A stretch of DNA of 64,000 nt, from NCBI GenBank assembly GCA_964016885.1, contig OZ024755.1:24490001-24554000 (forward strand), read 5' to 3'. The position numbers and the translations under genes are program-made. Position 1 is the first letter of the stretch, and the number at the start of each line of letters is the position of its first letter. A model generated the notes under the pieces. It saw only the letters and a program-made list of their open reading frames with translations, was not told where the DNA came from and made no database searches. Source of the stretch: Eledone cirrhosa. Its lineage: Eukaryota. Shown here in pieces: positions 63,014 through 64,000 of this stretch.

Positions 63014-64000
63014 TATATATATGTATGTATATATATATATATGTCTATAATGTCTGTGTGAGTGTGTTTCATATGTATATATATTTATGTGTATGTACAT
63101 ATATATATATATATATTTGCATGTATGTATATATATATATATGTATATATTTATATGTATGTATATATGCATGTGAATGTGTATACATATATAAATATAT
63201 ACATGTATATATATATATATATATTTATTTATTGCATTCTTTTATTCTCTTACTCGTTTTGGTCATTAGTTTGTGGCCATGCTGGGGCATCGCATCATAG
63301 GATTTTATTTCATTTCTTTAGTCCATCATATTGACTCCATTCCTTATTGTTTGGTGGTTATTTTACCAAACCACTTTCTGTTGACTTAATCGAAGACACA
63401 CACACCTATATATGATGGGCTCCCCTAGAGTTTCTGCCGAGAGTGAGAGAAAGGGGAGAGAAGGAAAGAAAGAGAGCAAGAGAGCAAGAGAGCAAGATAG
63501 AGAGTGGGAAAGTTAGATAGATAGATATGTTTCTTTTATTTGCCACCAGGGCATCAAAAGTGGGACAAGTACAATGGGGGGAGTTTACAAAACAAGGCGT
63601 CCTCAATAAGGAGGAGGCAATAACAATATATAAAAATAAAATAAAATATAACAAAAAATAAAATTTATAACAAAGTCCTCAATAGAGAGGAGGCGCCTTG
63701 GGGGGGTCGCACACACCCCCGAAAAAAAGTGTGCAACCCTTTTCCTCAGGAGCACAGAGAAGGGGTGCTCCATAGAGACAAAAATGTTACTAGTATGACC
63801 CTTATTCAGCTTAGTGTGTGTGTCTATATATATTCACATATATATACCTACACACTCATATATATATATATGTGTATGTGTGTATGTATATACATCATCA
63901 CGATCATTTAAACAGCCGTTTTCAGAGAGAGAGAGGGGGAGAGAGAGAGGGGGAGAGAGAGAGAAAGAGACGAGCATATATATATAGTAGATAACTTTCT

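Overview
This is eukaryotic, very repeat-rich DNA with no intact host gene. Microsatellite density and the SINE/LINE families suggest an octopod cephalopod (inference from recalled repeat families). Nearly all ORFs in the supplied track are microsatellite artefacts. Supported content: R4/Dong-type REL LINE pieces (one with a 424-aa open frame), RTE-type LINE 3' ends, an internally deleted mariner, an internally deleted Helitron, more than 15 tRNA-derived SINE copies (several with TSDs), and a Penelope-like (PLE) GIY-YIG fragment. Two things stand out. (1) At least six minimal type I hammerhead ribozyme motifs that fold by eye, from several families, plus decayed ones. Many lie in long inverted repeats or loop-less palindromes of about 75-320 bp. 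(2) A ~9.9-kb array of 19 units of ~527 bp. In each unit a conserved ~175-bp core carrying an AG...GT-bounded exon-like cassette is clamped between complementary (TG)n and (CA)n tracts. The cassette translates to something resembling a decayed C-type lectin C-terminus.
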